Below, in pieces: positions 44,154 to 53,719 of a stretch of DNA of 64,000 bases. The notes under the pieces are model-generated. The model did not search any database. It worked only from the letters and a program-made list of their open reading frames with translations, and was not told the DNA's origin. The stretch lies in NCBI GenBank assembly GCA_030386295.1, contig JANQAO010000001.1, forward strand, positions 135,546 to 199,545. The letters are read 5' to 3'. Origin of the DNA: Candidatus Doriopsillibacter californiensis (GTDB lineage: Bacteria; Pseudomonadota; Gammaproteobacteria; Tethybacterales; Persebacteraceae). The position numbers and the translations under genes are program-made. Position 1 is the first letter of the stretch. Each line of letters starts with the position of its first letter.

Positions 44154-44786
44154 ATGCTAACTTTGGCGATTTCGCGCGGGCGCATTTGGCAGGAAGCACT
44201 GTCGTTGTTGCAGGCACTCGGCTTTTCGCCGAATGAGGAGGCATTGCGTTCGCGGCAGCTAATTATTCCTACCGCATCGGACAATGTTCGTTTGGTGCAG
44301 GTTCGGGCACAGGATGCGCCAGTGTTTGTCGCCCGTGGTGCAGCACAGGCTGGTATTGCTGGCGGTGATGTGTTGGCTGAAAAACCTATGTCAGAAATTG
44401 TTTCGCCACTGGACTTGCGCATTGCCACCTGTCGGTTAGTTATTGCCACGCCACTTGGTTTTGATGAAAATACTGCAGGCAATCGTCCGGCGATGGTGGC
44501 AACAAAGTATCCTAATTTAACAAAAGCGCACTTTGCCGCTCGTGGTCGGCAGGTAAATATTGTCAAATTGCACGGTGCTATGGAATTGGCGCCACTGGTG
44601 GGATTGGCTGATATGTTGGTAGATGTAGCTGACAGTGGTCGGACGTTGCGCGAAAATGGCTTGATAGAAAAAGAAAAAATTATGGATATTTCTGCCATGC
44701 TTATTGTCAATCGTACGGCGACGCGACGTCTTCCTGCTGTGGCTGCATTGCAGCGTGATATGGCGGCACTACTAGAAAAATCATGA
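44154..44786 (+). CDS. hisG: ATP phosphoribosyltransferase, short (HisZ-dependent) form
   Basis: 210 aa lacking the C-terminal regulatory domain; family motifs are present. Confidence 0.9.
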   Translation: MLTLAISRGRIWQEALSLLQALGFSPNEEALRSRQLIIPTASDNVRLVQVRAQDAPVFVARGAAQAGIAGGDVLAEKPMSEIVSPLDLRIATCRLVIATPLGFDENTAGNRPAMVATKYPNLTKAHFAARGRQVNIVKLHGAMELAPLVGLADMLVDVADSGRTLRENGLIEKEKIMDISAMLIVNRTATRRLPAVAALQRDMAALLEKS

Positions 44787-46072
44787 TTCCTCAATTGCGC
44801 ACAAGCGCACCTGATTTCGCTAATTCTTTTGCGGTACTGCGGCGGCAGTTGAATGACGAAGATGTCAGTGCTGTCGTTGCTAATATTATTGAACGAGTGC
44901 GTGCCGACGGCGATAAGGCATTGCTGGAACTGACTGTACAGTACGACCGTGCGCCGCTAGAGTCGGCAAAAAAATTGGTAGTGCCTGCGGAAACATTATC
45001 TCAAGCACATGAGTCGTTGGCGCCAGAACTGCAAGCGGCATTGCGTGCGGCGGCGGAGCGAATTGAAGAATACCACCGGCGGCAGTTGCCTCAGTCATGG
45101 CAGTACACCGATTTCAATGGTAATACGTGTGGAGAACGTATTACGCCGGTAGCGCGGGCAGCGGTGTACGCGCCGGGCGGGCGGGCGGCATATCCATCTT
45201 CGGTGCTGATGGGCGTCATTCCCGCAAAAATTGCTGGTGTGCGTGAGATTACATTATTAACGCCAGTGGCAGATGGTGCGGTACCGCCAATTACGTTAGC
45301 TGCGGCTAAAATTGCTGGTGCGGACAAAGTATTTACTTTGGGTGGCGCTCAGGCAGTGGCTGCCGCTGCGTTGGGTACGGACACAGTCCCGCGTGCTGAT
45401 GTTATCGTCGGCCCCGGCAATGCTTATGTAGCCGAAGCCAAGCGACAATTGTGCGGTATCGTAGGCATTGACTCTTTGGCAGGTCCTTCCGAAGTATTAA
45501 TTGTTTGTGATGACACCGCTAATCCTGAATGGGTGGCTGCGGATATGCTCGCTCAAGCCGAACATGACGAACGAGCGCAATGTATTACCGTCAGTCCCGA
45601 CGCTGCACTGCTAAACCAAGTAGCGGCGGCTCTTGTAAGGCAGTTGGAAACGGCACCACGAGCGGCGATTGCACGTCACTCACTGGTGTCGCGAGGTGCG
45701 CTTATCACGGCGGCGAATATTGGTGAATGCTGCCAATTGGCTAATGATATTGCTGCCGAACATGTACAGGTTATGTGTGCCGATGCGCCGGCAGTGGCGG
45801 CAAATATTCACAACGCTGGTGGCTTATTTATTGGCGCATACTCGTGTGTACCGTTAGGAGATTACGGTGCCGGTCCTAACCATGTGTTACCGACGGCACA
45901 AACGGCGCGGTTTGCGTCACCGCTGGGAGTTCACCACTTCATCAAACGCACGGGTATTTTTCAAGCTACAGCGGCGGGGGCACGTATCCCTGCCGCTGAT
46001 GCCGTCACACTGGCTCGCGCCGAAGGATTATTTGCGCATGCGGAGGCTGCCGCCTTGCGCACGAAAGCGTAA
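44783..46072 (+). CDS. hisD: Histidinol dehydrogenase
   Basis: 429 aa with Zn/NAD motifs and a 4-nt overlap with hisG. Confidence 0.9.
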   Translation: MIPQLRTSAPDFANSFAVLRRQLNDEDVSAVVANIIERVRADGDKALLELTVQYDRAPLESAKKLVVPAETLSQAHESLAPELQAALRAAAERIEEYHRRQLPQSWQYTDFNGNTCGERITPVARAAVYAPGGRAAYPSSVLMGVIPAKIAGVREITLLTPVADGAVPPITLAAAKIAGADKVFTLGGAQAVAAAALGTDTVPRADVIVGPGNAYVAEAKRQLCGIVGIDSLAGPSEVLIVCDDTANPEWVAADMLAQAEHDERAQCITVSPDAALLNQVAAALVRQLETAPRAAIARHSLVSRGALITAANIGECCQLANDIAAEHVQVMCADAPAVAANIHNAGGLFIGAYSCVPLGDYGAGPNHVLPTAQTARFASPLGVHHFIKRTGIFQATAAGARIPAADAVTLARAEGLFAHAEAAALRTKA

Positions 46073-46193
46073 CAAAATACAACGGTTTGTTGGGAAATAG
46101 TCGCTTTTCAAGAAGACTATGAGCGAACGAGAGTAAAATTAGAAAAGGTGTAAATATTTTTATCAAATTAACATTCTAAATAAGGACATCATT

Positions 46194-46874
46194 ATGAAAA
46201 AGCAAGCTATTTTTTTTACTGCTCTTGCCTTGTGTAGCAGCGCTCAATCTGAAAGCTTTATTGCGCGAGCGCGAGTTATAGAATACTCTCCCATCGTTGA
46301 AACTGTCTATGAATCGGTGGAAGTCTGCCATTATGAAAATCGCCGAGCAAAACAAACAACTTCTTCCTCTTCTTCAACGCAAGACAAAATCATTGGCGGA
46401 ATAATTGGTGGTGCAGCTGGTAGTGCTATTGGTGGTGGTAGTGGGCGTGATGCGGCTGCCGGTGTGGGTGTGTTGTTGGGTAGTGAAATTGCTGCTGATG
46501 ATGGAGGTATTACAGAAGGAGAGATTATCGGCGGCATTGCCGGTGGTATTATTGGTAACCAAGTGGGTGGAGGCAGTGGTAAAACTGCAGCAACCGGCGT
46601 AGGTGTACTCATTGGTTCTATTGTTGGCAATCAGTTGCAAAACGGCGCAACTACTGAAGATACTGTACATACTGTCAGAAAACCGAACAAAAAACGGCGA
46701 GTGTGTGTACACGAAGAGCGTCCCAAAAAAATTATTACCGGTTATGATGTAACCTACGAATACAGCGGTAGAAGCTCCAACGGTTATTTACCTTATCGTC
46801 CGGGTGAGTTTGTTGATGTGAGTGTAAATTTTGATATTGTTGAAGACCGCACTGAGACCGGCGTTAATTACTGA
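46194..46874 (+). CDS. Glycine-zipper (2TM) lipoprotein with Ser/Gly-rich repeats (Rick_17kDa/SlyB-like)
   Basis: Lipobox LALC-S and two GxxxGxxxG glycine-zipper blocks (IIGGIIGGAAGSAIGGGSG...). Confidence 0.65.
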   Translation: MKKQAIFFTALALCSSAQSESFIARARVIEYSPIVETVYESVEVCHYENRRAKQTTSSSSSTQDKIIGGIIGGAAGSAIGGGSGRDAAAGVGVLLGSEIAADDGGITEGEIIGGIAGGIIGNQVGGGSGKTAATGVGVLIGSIVGNQLQNGATTEDTVHTVRKPNKKRRVCVHEERPKKIITGYDVTYEYSGRSSNGYLPYRPGEFVDVSVNFDIVEDRTETGVNY

Positions 46875-46897
46875 TATAGAAACAAGCAATATTTGGG

Positions 46898-47869
46898 TTG
46901 CTTGAGCGGACGATTTTTTCTGTGCGTTTTCTCTTTATCACCGACTCGCTGTCGCGGTTGAAGCCTCAAAAAGACTCCACTGTCGCACTGATGCGGGCTG
47001 CGGCTCGTGCCGGCGATGAGATTTATGCTTGCGAACTTGCCGATTGGAGTCTGCATGACTGCGGTGTGCAGGTAAGCGCTCAAAAGTTGCGAGTCGTTGA
47101 AGAGCACGCTTCTTGGTATACGGTAGAAGAATCTGGCGATTATGCAGCAGACTTTTTTAATCTCGTATTAATGCGCAAAGAACCGCCGGCAGATGCAGCA
47201 TTTATGATGAATACGTTATTGTTGGATGCGGCGATAGCAATGGGAACGCCGGTCGTCAATGCACCGCGAGCGTTGCGTGAATATAACGAAAAACTTTCTA
47301 TTTTTCGTTTTCCGCACCATATTGCTCCCACTATGGTGAGTGCCGACGCCAAGGCACTTGCGGATTTTCATGCCGCGCATGATGGTGCAGTTATTAAACC
47401 GTTGGATGGTATGGGAGGACGAGGAGTGTACGTATCGCCACCACAAGACAAAAATTTTCCTGCTATTGTAGATTTGCTCAGCAGTGACGGACGTGATTTG
47501 ATTATGGCGCAGACTTATCTACCGGCGGCGCGTGAGGGTGATAATCGCGTATTTGTTATTGGTGGCAAACCGGCACCATGGATGTTGGCGCGGTTGCCGC
47601 GAGAAAACGACCATCGTGGCAACATGGCTGCGGGTGGGCTGGCAGAGGCGCGACCGCTTAGTGTTGCGGCACGGCGCATTGCCGAAGATATCGCTCCCAC
47701 GTTGTTGGCAGCGGGTATTATTTTTGCCGGCTTGGACGTGCTTGGCGAGCACTTAACAGAAATTAATATCACTTGCCCTACTGGCTTGCGAGAGGTGCGC
47801 GATCAAACGGGAGATGACCTGGCCGAAGATGTGCTGGATACAGTCCGTGCGGTGTTGGTGCCGGCTTAG
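46898..47869 (+). CDS. gshB: Glutathione synthetase (prokaryotic ATP-grasp type)
   Basis: N-terminal ..FITDSLSRLKPQKDSTVALMRAA and ATP-grasp motifs. The start may be GTG 46922. Confidence 0.85.
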   Translation: MLERTIFSVRFLFITDSLSRLKPQKDSTVALMRAAARAGDEIYACELADWSLHDCGVQVSAQKLRVVEEHASWYTVEESGDYAADFFNLVLMRKEPPADAAFMMNTLLLDAAIAMGTPVVNAPRALREYNEKLSIFRFPHHIAPTMVSADAKALADFHAAHDGAVIKPLDGMGGRGVYVSPPQDKNFPAIVDLLSSDGRDLIMAQTYLPAAREGDNRVFVIGGKPAPWMLARLPRENDHRGNMAAGGLAEARPLSVAARRIAEDIAPTLLAAGIIFAGLDVLGEHLTEINITCPTGLREVRDQTGDDLAEDVLDTVRAVLVPA

Positions 47870-48851
47870 CCTCGTCATTGTTTTGTTGTTGGCGGGGTGT
47901 GCTGGCCCGCCATCTGTCGTACGCGAAACTGAAATTTTTGGTACTCGTGTAAAGATAACTGTTAACGGTTTGCCAGAAGCACGGGCGGCGGCAGTGATTG
48001 CCGAAGTTTTTACGTATTTTGGAAGCATACACCGACGTTTTCATGCTTGGCGTGAGGGTGAGTTGCTGGCGGTTAACCGAGCAATTGCTACCCAAAACTT
48101 GCCGTTTACACTCAGCGAGCCGATGGCGGTCATGCTGGTGCAGGCGGCAGATTATTCCGAACGCAGTAGTGGTTTGTTTAATCCCGCTGCCGGCAGACTG
48201 TTTGCTTTGTGGGGATTTCATTCTGATAAACCACCCACTGCGCCACCACCGCCTTCCTCTGTGAAACAATATCTGGCCAATGCGCCCAGTATGGCGGCTG
48301 TTAATATTCAAGCACAGCAGTTACGGATAGCGCACCCGCTAACGCAGTTTGATTTTGGCGCGTTGGCAAAAGGGGTGGCGTTGGATGCGGCACGCGACAT
48401 GTTGCACCATCACGGTGTTCGCGATGCGTTAATTAATATTGGCGGTAATATTCTCGCTATGGGTGCCAACAATGGTCGGCCGTGGCGAGTACGCATCCAG
48501 CCGGCGACTGATGCAGGTGCGGTTGGCACAATCAATCTTGCCGATGGTGAAGCCATTGCCACATCGGGTGGTGGAGAGCGCTTTTTTATTCACGACGGAC
48601 GCCGCTATCATCATGTGATTGACCCGCGCAGTGGCATGCCAGCGAAACGTAACCGTGTCGCTACGGTTATCAGCGCACACCAGCAACACGCCGGCGCTAT
48701 TAGCGATGCTGCGGCTACGGCATTGTTAATCGCTAATGATGAAGAAGCAGCGGTTTTGTTGCGTCGGTTTAAAATAAAAGCAGCACTGCGCGTGAGTGCT
48801 GATAATCAGCTGTTACCGACGGCAATGATGCAGATGCGGTTGGCGTTATAA
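47847..48851 (+). CDS. apbE: FAD:protein FMN transferase ApbE, lipoprotein
   Basis: Lipoprotein signal (RCWCRLSLVIVLLLAGC from a GTG start) plus ApbE family body. The ORF-track start at 47814 overlaps gshB more. Confidence 0.8.
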   Translation: MRCWCRLSLVIVLLLAGCAGPPSVVRETEIFGTRVKITVNGLPEARAAAVIAEVFTYFGSIHRRFHAWREGELLAVNRAIATQNLPFTLSEPMAVMLVQAADYSERSSGLFNPAAGRLFALWGFHSDKPPTAPPPPSSVKQYLANAPSMAAVNIQAQQLRIAHPLTQFDFGALAKGVALDAARDMLHHHGVRDALINIGGNILAMGANNGRPWRVRIQPATDAGAVGTINLADGEAIATSGGGERFFIHDGRRYHHVIDPRSGMPAKRNRVATVISAHQQHAGAISDAAATALLIANDEEAAVLLRRFKIKAALRVSADNQLLPTAMMQMRLAL

Positions 48852-48869
48852 TAGCTAGACAACTTAAAC

Positions 48870-49224
48870 GGGGGCGCATTTTGGGCTTTGACGTGAGTTG
48901 CAAAGCAGACGGAGCATGCCAAGCTAAGACGCCTTGTAAAACCGTTTTAAAAAAAAACATAAACGCGAATGACCAGCGTTTCGCTTTAGCCGCTTAATCC
49001 GGCTAAGCCTTCACCCCAGAGGGTTCGCACTCTGGTCAGTGGAGTCATCTTGCGAACTCGCTATTTATTGTGCTGTCTAATAAATAGTTAAACTTTTGAT
49101 GGCTGGCGTTGTGTTCGCTACGTTTAGCGGGCCTGCACAATGCGACAACGAACGCTAAACTAAGCATGTAGCGCCGGTTGTGTAGCCCTTGCGGACGGGG
49201 GTTCGAATCCCCCCGCCTCCACCA
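48870..49224 (+). ncRNA. ssrA: tmRNA (SsrA), about 355 nt; the tag reading frame encodes ANDQRFALAA*
   Basis: 5' GGGGGCGCAUUUUGGGCUUUGACG..GCAUGCC. Resume codon and tag GCGAATGACCAGCGTTTCGCTTTAGCCGCTTAA. The conserved AAACUAAGCAUGUAG motif and the tRNA-like 3' end GGACGGGGGUUCGAAUCCCCCGCCUCCACCA are present. Confidence 0.88.
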
Positions 49225-49273
49225 ATAAATTTTCCAGTAACATACACTGAAATCCATAAAAGCCAATTAGGTT

Positions 49274-49295
49274 AAGCCTTTCTGGCTTTTTTATT
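49274..49295 (+). terminator. Probable ssrA intrinsic terminator (AAGCC-TTTCT-GGCTT followed by TTTTATT)
   Basis: Short GC stem plus T-tract 50 nt after the tmRNA 3' CCA. Confidence 0.35.
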
Positions 49296-49403
49296 GTCCA
49301 ATGCTTTCCACTAAGATAGAATAAGATGTATCTCTATGACTGAGGTATATTTTCGGAGTATATCTCGACTTGAAAAACTGATGCTCCACTTTAGAGTGTA
49401 AGC

Positions 49404-49574
49404 ATGGATAAACTTACAGCATTAACCGCTAGCAAGCAAAACCACAAGTAAGAGCTACAGGGCTTTTTACCTCCTGATACAGAAGAAGATAAGTTGGAAC
49501 GTTTAGCTAAACTTATCAAAGCCGATAGCCAAACGTACTTTGAACAAAAAGAGACAGTTCAATTAATGTTTTAA
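49404..49574 (+). pseudogene. Small ORF interrupted by an in-frame TAA (MDKLTALTASKQNHK*ELQGFLPPDTEEDKLERLAKLIKADSQTYFEQKETVQLMF) in the AT-rich tract next to ssrA; possible decayed antitoxin-like or island-remnant gene
   Basis: Translated directly. Stop at 49449-49451 inside an otherwise open 56-codon frame, in a 546 bp non-coding AT-rich region. Confidence 0.2.
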
Positions 49575-49770
49575 GCCAATTATTTAATTCTTGCTCCCCC
49601 CCATTTTTTTAAATTATCCGAACGCACTTAATAAAGATAAATATGCAATATTAGGAAAATTATTTTTAATACGGTTAATCTACGTTTATTGCCTAATTAA
49701 TCAATAAATAATATGCTCTGAAACAATCGGTAAAACAAAGCGTGATTTTCTATAGTGCTGCCGTTGTTGC

Positions 49771-50571
49771 TTATGCAAAGTTAATAACGGTTTCTTTTGG
49801 TGCTGTGCGCCATGCGATGGCGTACACTATTTCATAAGTTGCAGGGACTCGCCCTGCTTCATCGGCAAACAATTTTTCATACTCCGTCATTGCTGCTTGC
49901 CATTGTCGTCGTCCAGTAAGTCCTCGCCGCCGCGTTTGTAGTGCGCAGCCTGCTCCCCAATTATGTACTTCGCGCAACGCATCTTCGGCGGCGGCATAGG
50001 TTAATGTTAATTGTTCCATTTCTAACATCGGCTCGCTAAAACCGGTTTGTACTAGCAAGTCGCCAATGTCGTGCATGTCCATAAACGTGTGCATCCGCAG
50101 TGGTGCATCTGGTTCTGTTTTGGCAAAAGCAGCGCGCGCTTCTCGCAGAGTGTCTGGTCCTAGTGTACTGAATATTAGCAGCCCTGTTTCGGGCTTAAGT
50201 GTGCGCGCAGCTTCTTTTAATGTTTGTTTTATGTCCGCCCATTCAAAACACAAGTTGGACCACAGCATATCCAAAGAAGCTGACTGTAGTGGCAAAAATT
50301 CAGCATCGGCCAGCACACGATAGCCCGAAGCGTGATGCAATACCGGCAGAGCAAAGTCCAGTGCAATTACTTGCGCTGTTGGATAGTGTTTTTGTAATGC
50401 TTTTCCGTCACCGCCAATATCTGCGGCCCATTGCGGATTAATGTCAATGCAAACCAGTCGTTCGGCTAGCCGTTCTCCGATAACAGCTGTCGCATCATCT
50501 GCTATCGCTCGAGAAAAGGCTCGACGTACCTGCGCTTTGTCAGTTGCGACGCTCATCCTCTTGAGTGTCAT
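49771..50571 (-). CDS. bioC: BioC-like class I SAM-dependent methyltransferase (malonyl-ACP O-methyltransferase family)
   Basis: DAEFLPLQSASLDMLWSNLCFEW and RTLKPETGLLIFSTLG blocks typical of BioC. The glycine-rich SAM loop is atypical. Confidence 0.55.
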   Translation of the reverse strand: MTLKRMSVATDKAQVRRAFSRAIADDATAVIGERLAERLVCIDINPQWAADIGGDGKALQKHYPTAQVIALDFALPVLHHASGYRVLADAEFLPLQSASLDMLWSNLCFEWADIKQTLKEAARTLKPETGLLIFSTLGPDTLREARAAFAKTEPDAPLRMHTFMDMHDIGDLLVQTGFSEPMLEMEQLTLTYAAAEDALREVHNWGAGCALQTRRRGLTGRRQWQAAMTEYEKLFADEAGRVPATYEIVYAIAWRTAPKETVINFA

Positions 50572-50950
50572 TAATAATTTGTGCTTCTGCTTCTACTATG
50601 CCGTCATCGGTGGGTCGGTTTGGTGTCGGCTGAGCTTTCACCGGAAAAAGTGCAATGGCGAGTGCTAATACATCGCTTAAATAGCCGGGAAAAAATAACA
50701 ATATGCCAACTGCCCACAATTTGCCAAATCCGATAAGGGCTCCCAATCCAGCACCGCTTTGTTCGCGCATAATGCGAATGATTTCACCAAATCCGATTTT
50801 GGCAACTTTGATTAGTAACGCGCCCAGCCCCATGGTGATAAACAAATATAGCAGTGCCACCAGCGGTGATTCCACTACCCAACTGATGAGTAGGTAAATT
50901 TCTAACACGGGCAGCAGTAGTACAATAAAAAATAATAATGAAAACGGCAT
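50540..50950 (-). CDS. fxsA: FxsA family inner-membrane protein
   Basis: N-terminal helices with LEIYLLI and the PG(F/Y)LSD motif. 136 aa. Confidence 0.75.
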   Translation of the reverse strand: MPFSLLFFIVLLLPVLEIYLLISWVVESPLVALLYLFITMGLGALLIKVAKIGFGEIIRIMREQSGAGLGALIGFGKLWAVGILLFFPGYLSDVLALAIALFPVKAQPTPNRPTDDGIVEAEAQIINDTQEDERRN

Positions 50951-51279
50951 GGACTTTCTCGCAAGGTGCGCGCGTCGTTGTGTTTTGCAACGCGCCGGAT
51001 GATTTTTGCGCGCAAAACATCGCGCGGCGGCTGGTCAATGACAAAATTACAGCCTGCGTTAATATTTTACCTGCCTGTCGCTCCATTTACCAATGGGAAG
51101 GAAAATTAAAGGAAGAAAATGAAATCCCACTGTTAATTAAAACCACCGCCGAACGGATAAGTGATGTGGAAACCACTATTCGCCAACTGCATCCTTATGA
51201 AATGCCGGAAATTATCGTACTGCCGATTGTTGGCGGTGGCGATGACTATTTGCGCTGGGTGAGTGAACAATGCGGTTAA
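50938..51279 (+). CDS. cutA: Divalent-cation tolerance protein CutA
   Basis: VVVFCNAPD...ACVNILP....Y.WEGK...E...LIKTT CutA1 signature. 113 aa. Confidence 0.85.
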   Translation: MKTAWTFSQGARVVVFCNAPDDFCAQNIARRLVNDKITACVNILPACRSIYQWEGKLKEENEIPLLIKTTAERISDVETTIRQLHPYEMPEIIVLPIVGGGDDYLRWVSEQCG

Positions 51280-53012
51280 TTTTCGCACTGTTTGCACTGC
51301 TGATTTTTGGCACGGTTTTCGCTGAACGACTGGATCCGTTGCCGCCGGAAGAAGCTTTTGTATTTTCGGCAACGGCTACCAGCGATGGTGTACAAGTGGT
51401 GTACGCCATGCCAGAAGATTTATATTTGTATCGTACGCGTTTTTCGCTGACTACGGCAACTCCTGGGTTTTCGGTAAAACAGGTGGATTATCCACCGGGA
51501 ATCTGGCATGACGATCTCTATTTCGGAAAAATGGAAGTGTATTACGGTCTCGTAACATTACGGGCGCAAATAGCCGGAGAGGGGGAATTTAATCTTGTTG
51601 TCATTTCCCAAGGTTGTGATGAACAACTGGGTATTTGTTATCCGCCACGGGAAGATACAGCATTGTTGCGAGTAGCAGATGGTCAATTGTCGCTCCCGTC
51701 TTCTACACCGACTGCCAATGATGCTGCACCTGCTGATGAGGCCGCCGCCGCCGCCGCCGTTGTTGGTGATAACCTATGGCGGGCGATTATTGTGTTTTTT
51801 GGCTTTGGGTTGTTACTGGCGTTTACTCCTTGTGTACTGCCAATGATCCCGGTGCTTTTGGGAGTTATCAGCGGTGGTGCTCGCGAACGCCGTCGCGTGA
51901 TGGCGCTTACGATTGCCTATATTATTGGCGTTTGTGTGACTTTTACCGTATTAGGCGTTATTGCTGGATTATCTGGACAACTGTTATCTGCTACCTTGCA
52001 ACAGCCGCCGGTTTTGGCGGTATCAGCGCTAATTTTTGTTGCGCTGGCGTTATCGCTGTTTGGTTGGTACGACTTACAAGCGCCAGCATTTTTGCGTAAC
52101 CGGTTAGCTAAAAGCGGTACCGGTAGCATCGGTGGTGCGGTGGCGATGGGAGCTTTTTCGGCAGTGGTAGTTAGCCCTTGTGTGGCGGCACCGCTGGTTG
52201 GTGCGCTTATTTATATTGGCAATACCGGTGATGCTTTTGGCGGTGGCGTATCATTATTTGCGCTGTCTTTGGGAATGAGTGTGCCACTGATAATTGCCGG
52301 TGCTACTGCGGGCGCTGCGCTACCTAAGGCCGGCGAGTGGATGAATGACATCAAGCGGATATTGGGTGCGTTGATGCTTGGGGCGGCAGTGTGGGTGGCG
52401 TCTTCGCTGCTGTTTGCCACAGTGGTGGTATTTCTATACGGTGCCGTGCTGATTCTCATCGGTATTTTTATGCGTGTATTAGAGCCGTTGCCAGCTGCTG
52501 CCGGGAGTGTGGCGCGTATTGTCAAAGCACTGGGTGTTCTCTCCCTACTGTGGGGTAGCGCTATGGTTATAGGTGCGGCAAGTGGCAGCCGCGATTCGCT
52601 AGCGCCGTTGTCACACTGGCGTAGTGATGGTGCGATTGTATCGGTGACGGCATTAGATTTTTTGCCGGTGCAATCAGAAAATGAATTGCAAAAAGCAATT
52701 AACGCTGCTGGTGGGCGTTTGGTTATGCTGGAGGTGTACGCCGATTGGTGTGTGTCGTGTAAGGAAATGGAGCGGTTTACATTTTCCAATGAACAAGTAC
52801 AGAAAAAACTGCAACAGATGGTGTTGCTCAAAGCCGACGTTACTGCCAATAGCGAAGCTCACCAAATCTTGCTCAAGCATTTTGGTTTGTTTGGGCCGCC
52901 GGCAATTATGTTTTTTGATGGAGACGGTCAGCTAATTAAAAATGTCCGCGTAACGGGTTATCAATCTGCTGCTGATTTTTTGCGCACACTCAATGCTGCC
53001 GGCATTGGTTAA
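51270..53012 (+). CDS. dsbD: Thiol:disulfide interchange protein DsbD
   Basis: N-terminal periplasmic alpha domain, central TM beta domain with Cys pair, and C-terminal thioredoxin domain with WCVSC. Confidence 0.9.
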   Translation: MRLIFALFALLIFGTVFAERLDPLPPEEAFVFSATATSDGVQVVYAMPEDLYLYRTRFSLTTATPGFSVKQVDYPPGIWHDDLYFGKMEVYYGLVTLRAQIAGEGEFNLVVISQGCDEQLGICYPPREDTALLRVADGQLSLPSSTPTANDAAPADEAAAAAAVVGDNLWRAIIVFFGFGLLLAFTPCVLPMIPVLLGVISGGARERRRVMALTIAYIIGVCVTFTVLGVIAGLSGQLLSATLQQPPVLAVSALIFVALALSLFGWYDLQAPAFLRNRLAKSGTGSIGGAVAMGAFSAVVVSPCVAAPLVGALIYIGNTGDAFGGGVSLFALSLGMSVPLIIAGATAGAALPKAGEWMNDIKRILGALMLGAAVWVASSLLFATVVVFLYGAVLILIGIFMRVLEPLPAAAGSVARIVKALGVLSLLWGSAMVIGAASGSRDSLAPLSHWRSDGAIVSVTALDFLPVQSENELQKAINAAGGRLVMLEVYADWCVSCKEMERFTFSNEQVQKKLQQMVLLKADVTANSEAHQILLKHFGLFGPPAIMFFDGDGQLIKNVRVTGYQSAADFLRTLNAAGIG

Positions 53013-53719
53013 TTTATTGAGTTAATGTGGATGATTTCAATATCATCGGAACGTAAGTCCGCATAACCGGGTGCGGTCTCCCAGTCTGGCAGGCAACAAC
53101 GAGTGAACGAGCGCTCACTCTCTGTCCATTTCTCTAATTCTGGTGTGTGAGTGTGTCCGTGTACCAACGTTGTGCAATTGTGTCGTTGCATCGCCGCCGT
53201 TGCCTGAGAATGATCAATTGTCGCTGGCTGCCGGCGTTTTTGGCTTTGTCGCCGTATTGCCTGTGCGAGCCATTGTCGCCAAGTTAGTGGTAAAGCGTTA
53301 CTAATGGCGACAAAAACTGTGCTATGAACCAGCTGACGATAACGCAAGTAAGCAGCATTAGCACATAGCGTGTCACCGTGCATTAATAACATTCCTGCTA
53401 TCGCATATTCATCGGGCAGTAATTGTGCACCAGCAGCCTTGCAAAAGCGCGCGCCCAATAAAAAGTCTCGATTGCCGTGTTGAATGCATATCCGCACCCC
53501 GGAGGCACTTAATGCGGCAAGTTCATCTACCGTATTAATGGCAAGTGGGCTGTTGTCGTTATCGCCCAGCCAAACGTCAAAAATATCGCCCAGTAGATAT
53601 AGCTCGTCCGCCTGTGATGCAGTATGGCGTAAAAATTCATAAAAAAGTGTTGTGCGCGCCGATTCAACTGCGCTTAAATGTACATCAGCAACCGCCAGTC
53701 GGCGGGGGAGTAAACTCAA
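53009..53719 (-). CDS. lpxH: UDP-2,3-diacylglucosamine pyrophosphatase
   Basis: Calcineurin-like metallophosphoesterase motifs (VADVHLS, GDIFDVW, GNRD, GHTH). Confidence 0.85.
   Translation of the reverse strand: MSLLPRRLAVADVHLSAVESARTTLFYEFLRHTASQADELYLLGDIFDVWLGDNDNSPLAINTVDELAALSASGVRICIQHGNRDFLLGARFCKAAGAQLLPDEYAIAGMLLMHGDTLCANAAYLRYRQLVHSTVFVAISNALPLTWRQWLAQAIRRQSQKRRQPATIDHSQATAAMQRHNCTTLVHGHTHTPELEKWTESERSFTRCCLPDWETAPGYADLRSDDIEIIHINSIN

Noticed and set aside
44036-44794. 252-aa minus-strand ORF covering hisG
   Set aside because: It is antisense to a canonical hisG. A GC-rich codon third position creates long open shadow frames.
46331-46712. 99-112 aa minus-strand ORFs and a 65-aa + strand ORF with low-complexity translation
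   Set aside because: They overlap the Gly/Ser-rich repeat region of the glycine-zipper lipoprotein gene. Their repetitive composition produces spurious frames.
49045-49266. 73-aa minus-strand ORF
   Set aside because: It lies entirely within the tmRNA gene on the opposite strand and is an artefact of structured RNA sequence.
48870-49770. A search for an integrase gene or a duplicated ssrA 3' end (attL/attR) to define a genomic island
   Set aside because: Neither is present in the window, so only a decayed remnant can be proposed (see findings).
51720-51760. GCC GCC GCC GCC GCC trinucleotide repeat
   Set aside because: It encodes the Ala-rich linker (AAAAAAVV) inside dsbD and is not a regulatory or phase-variable tract in an intergenic position.
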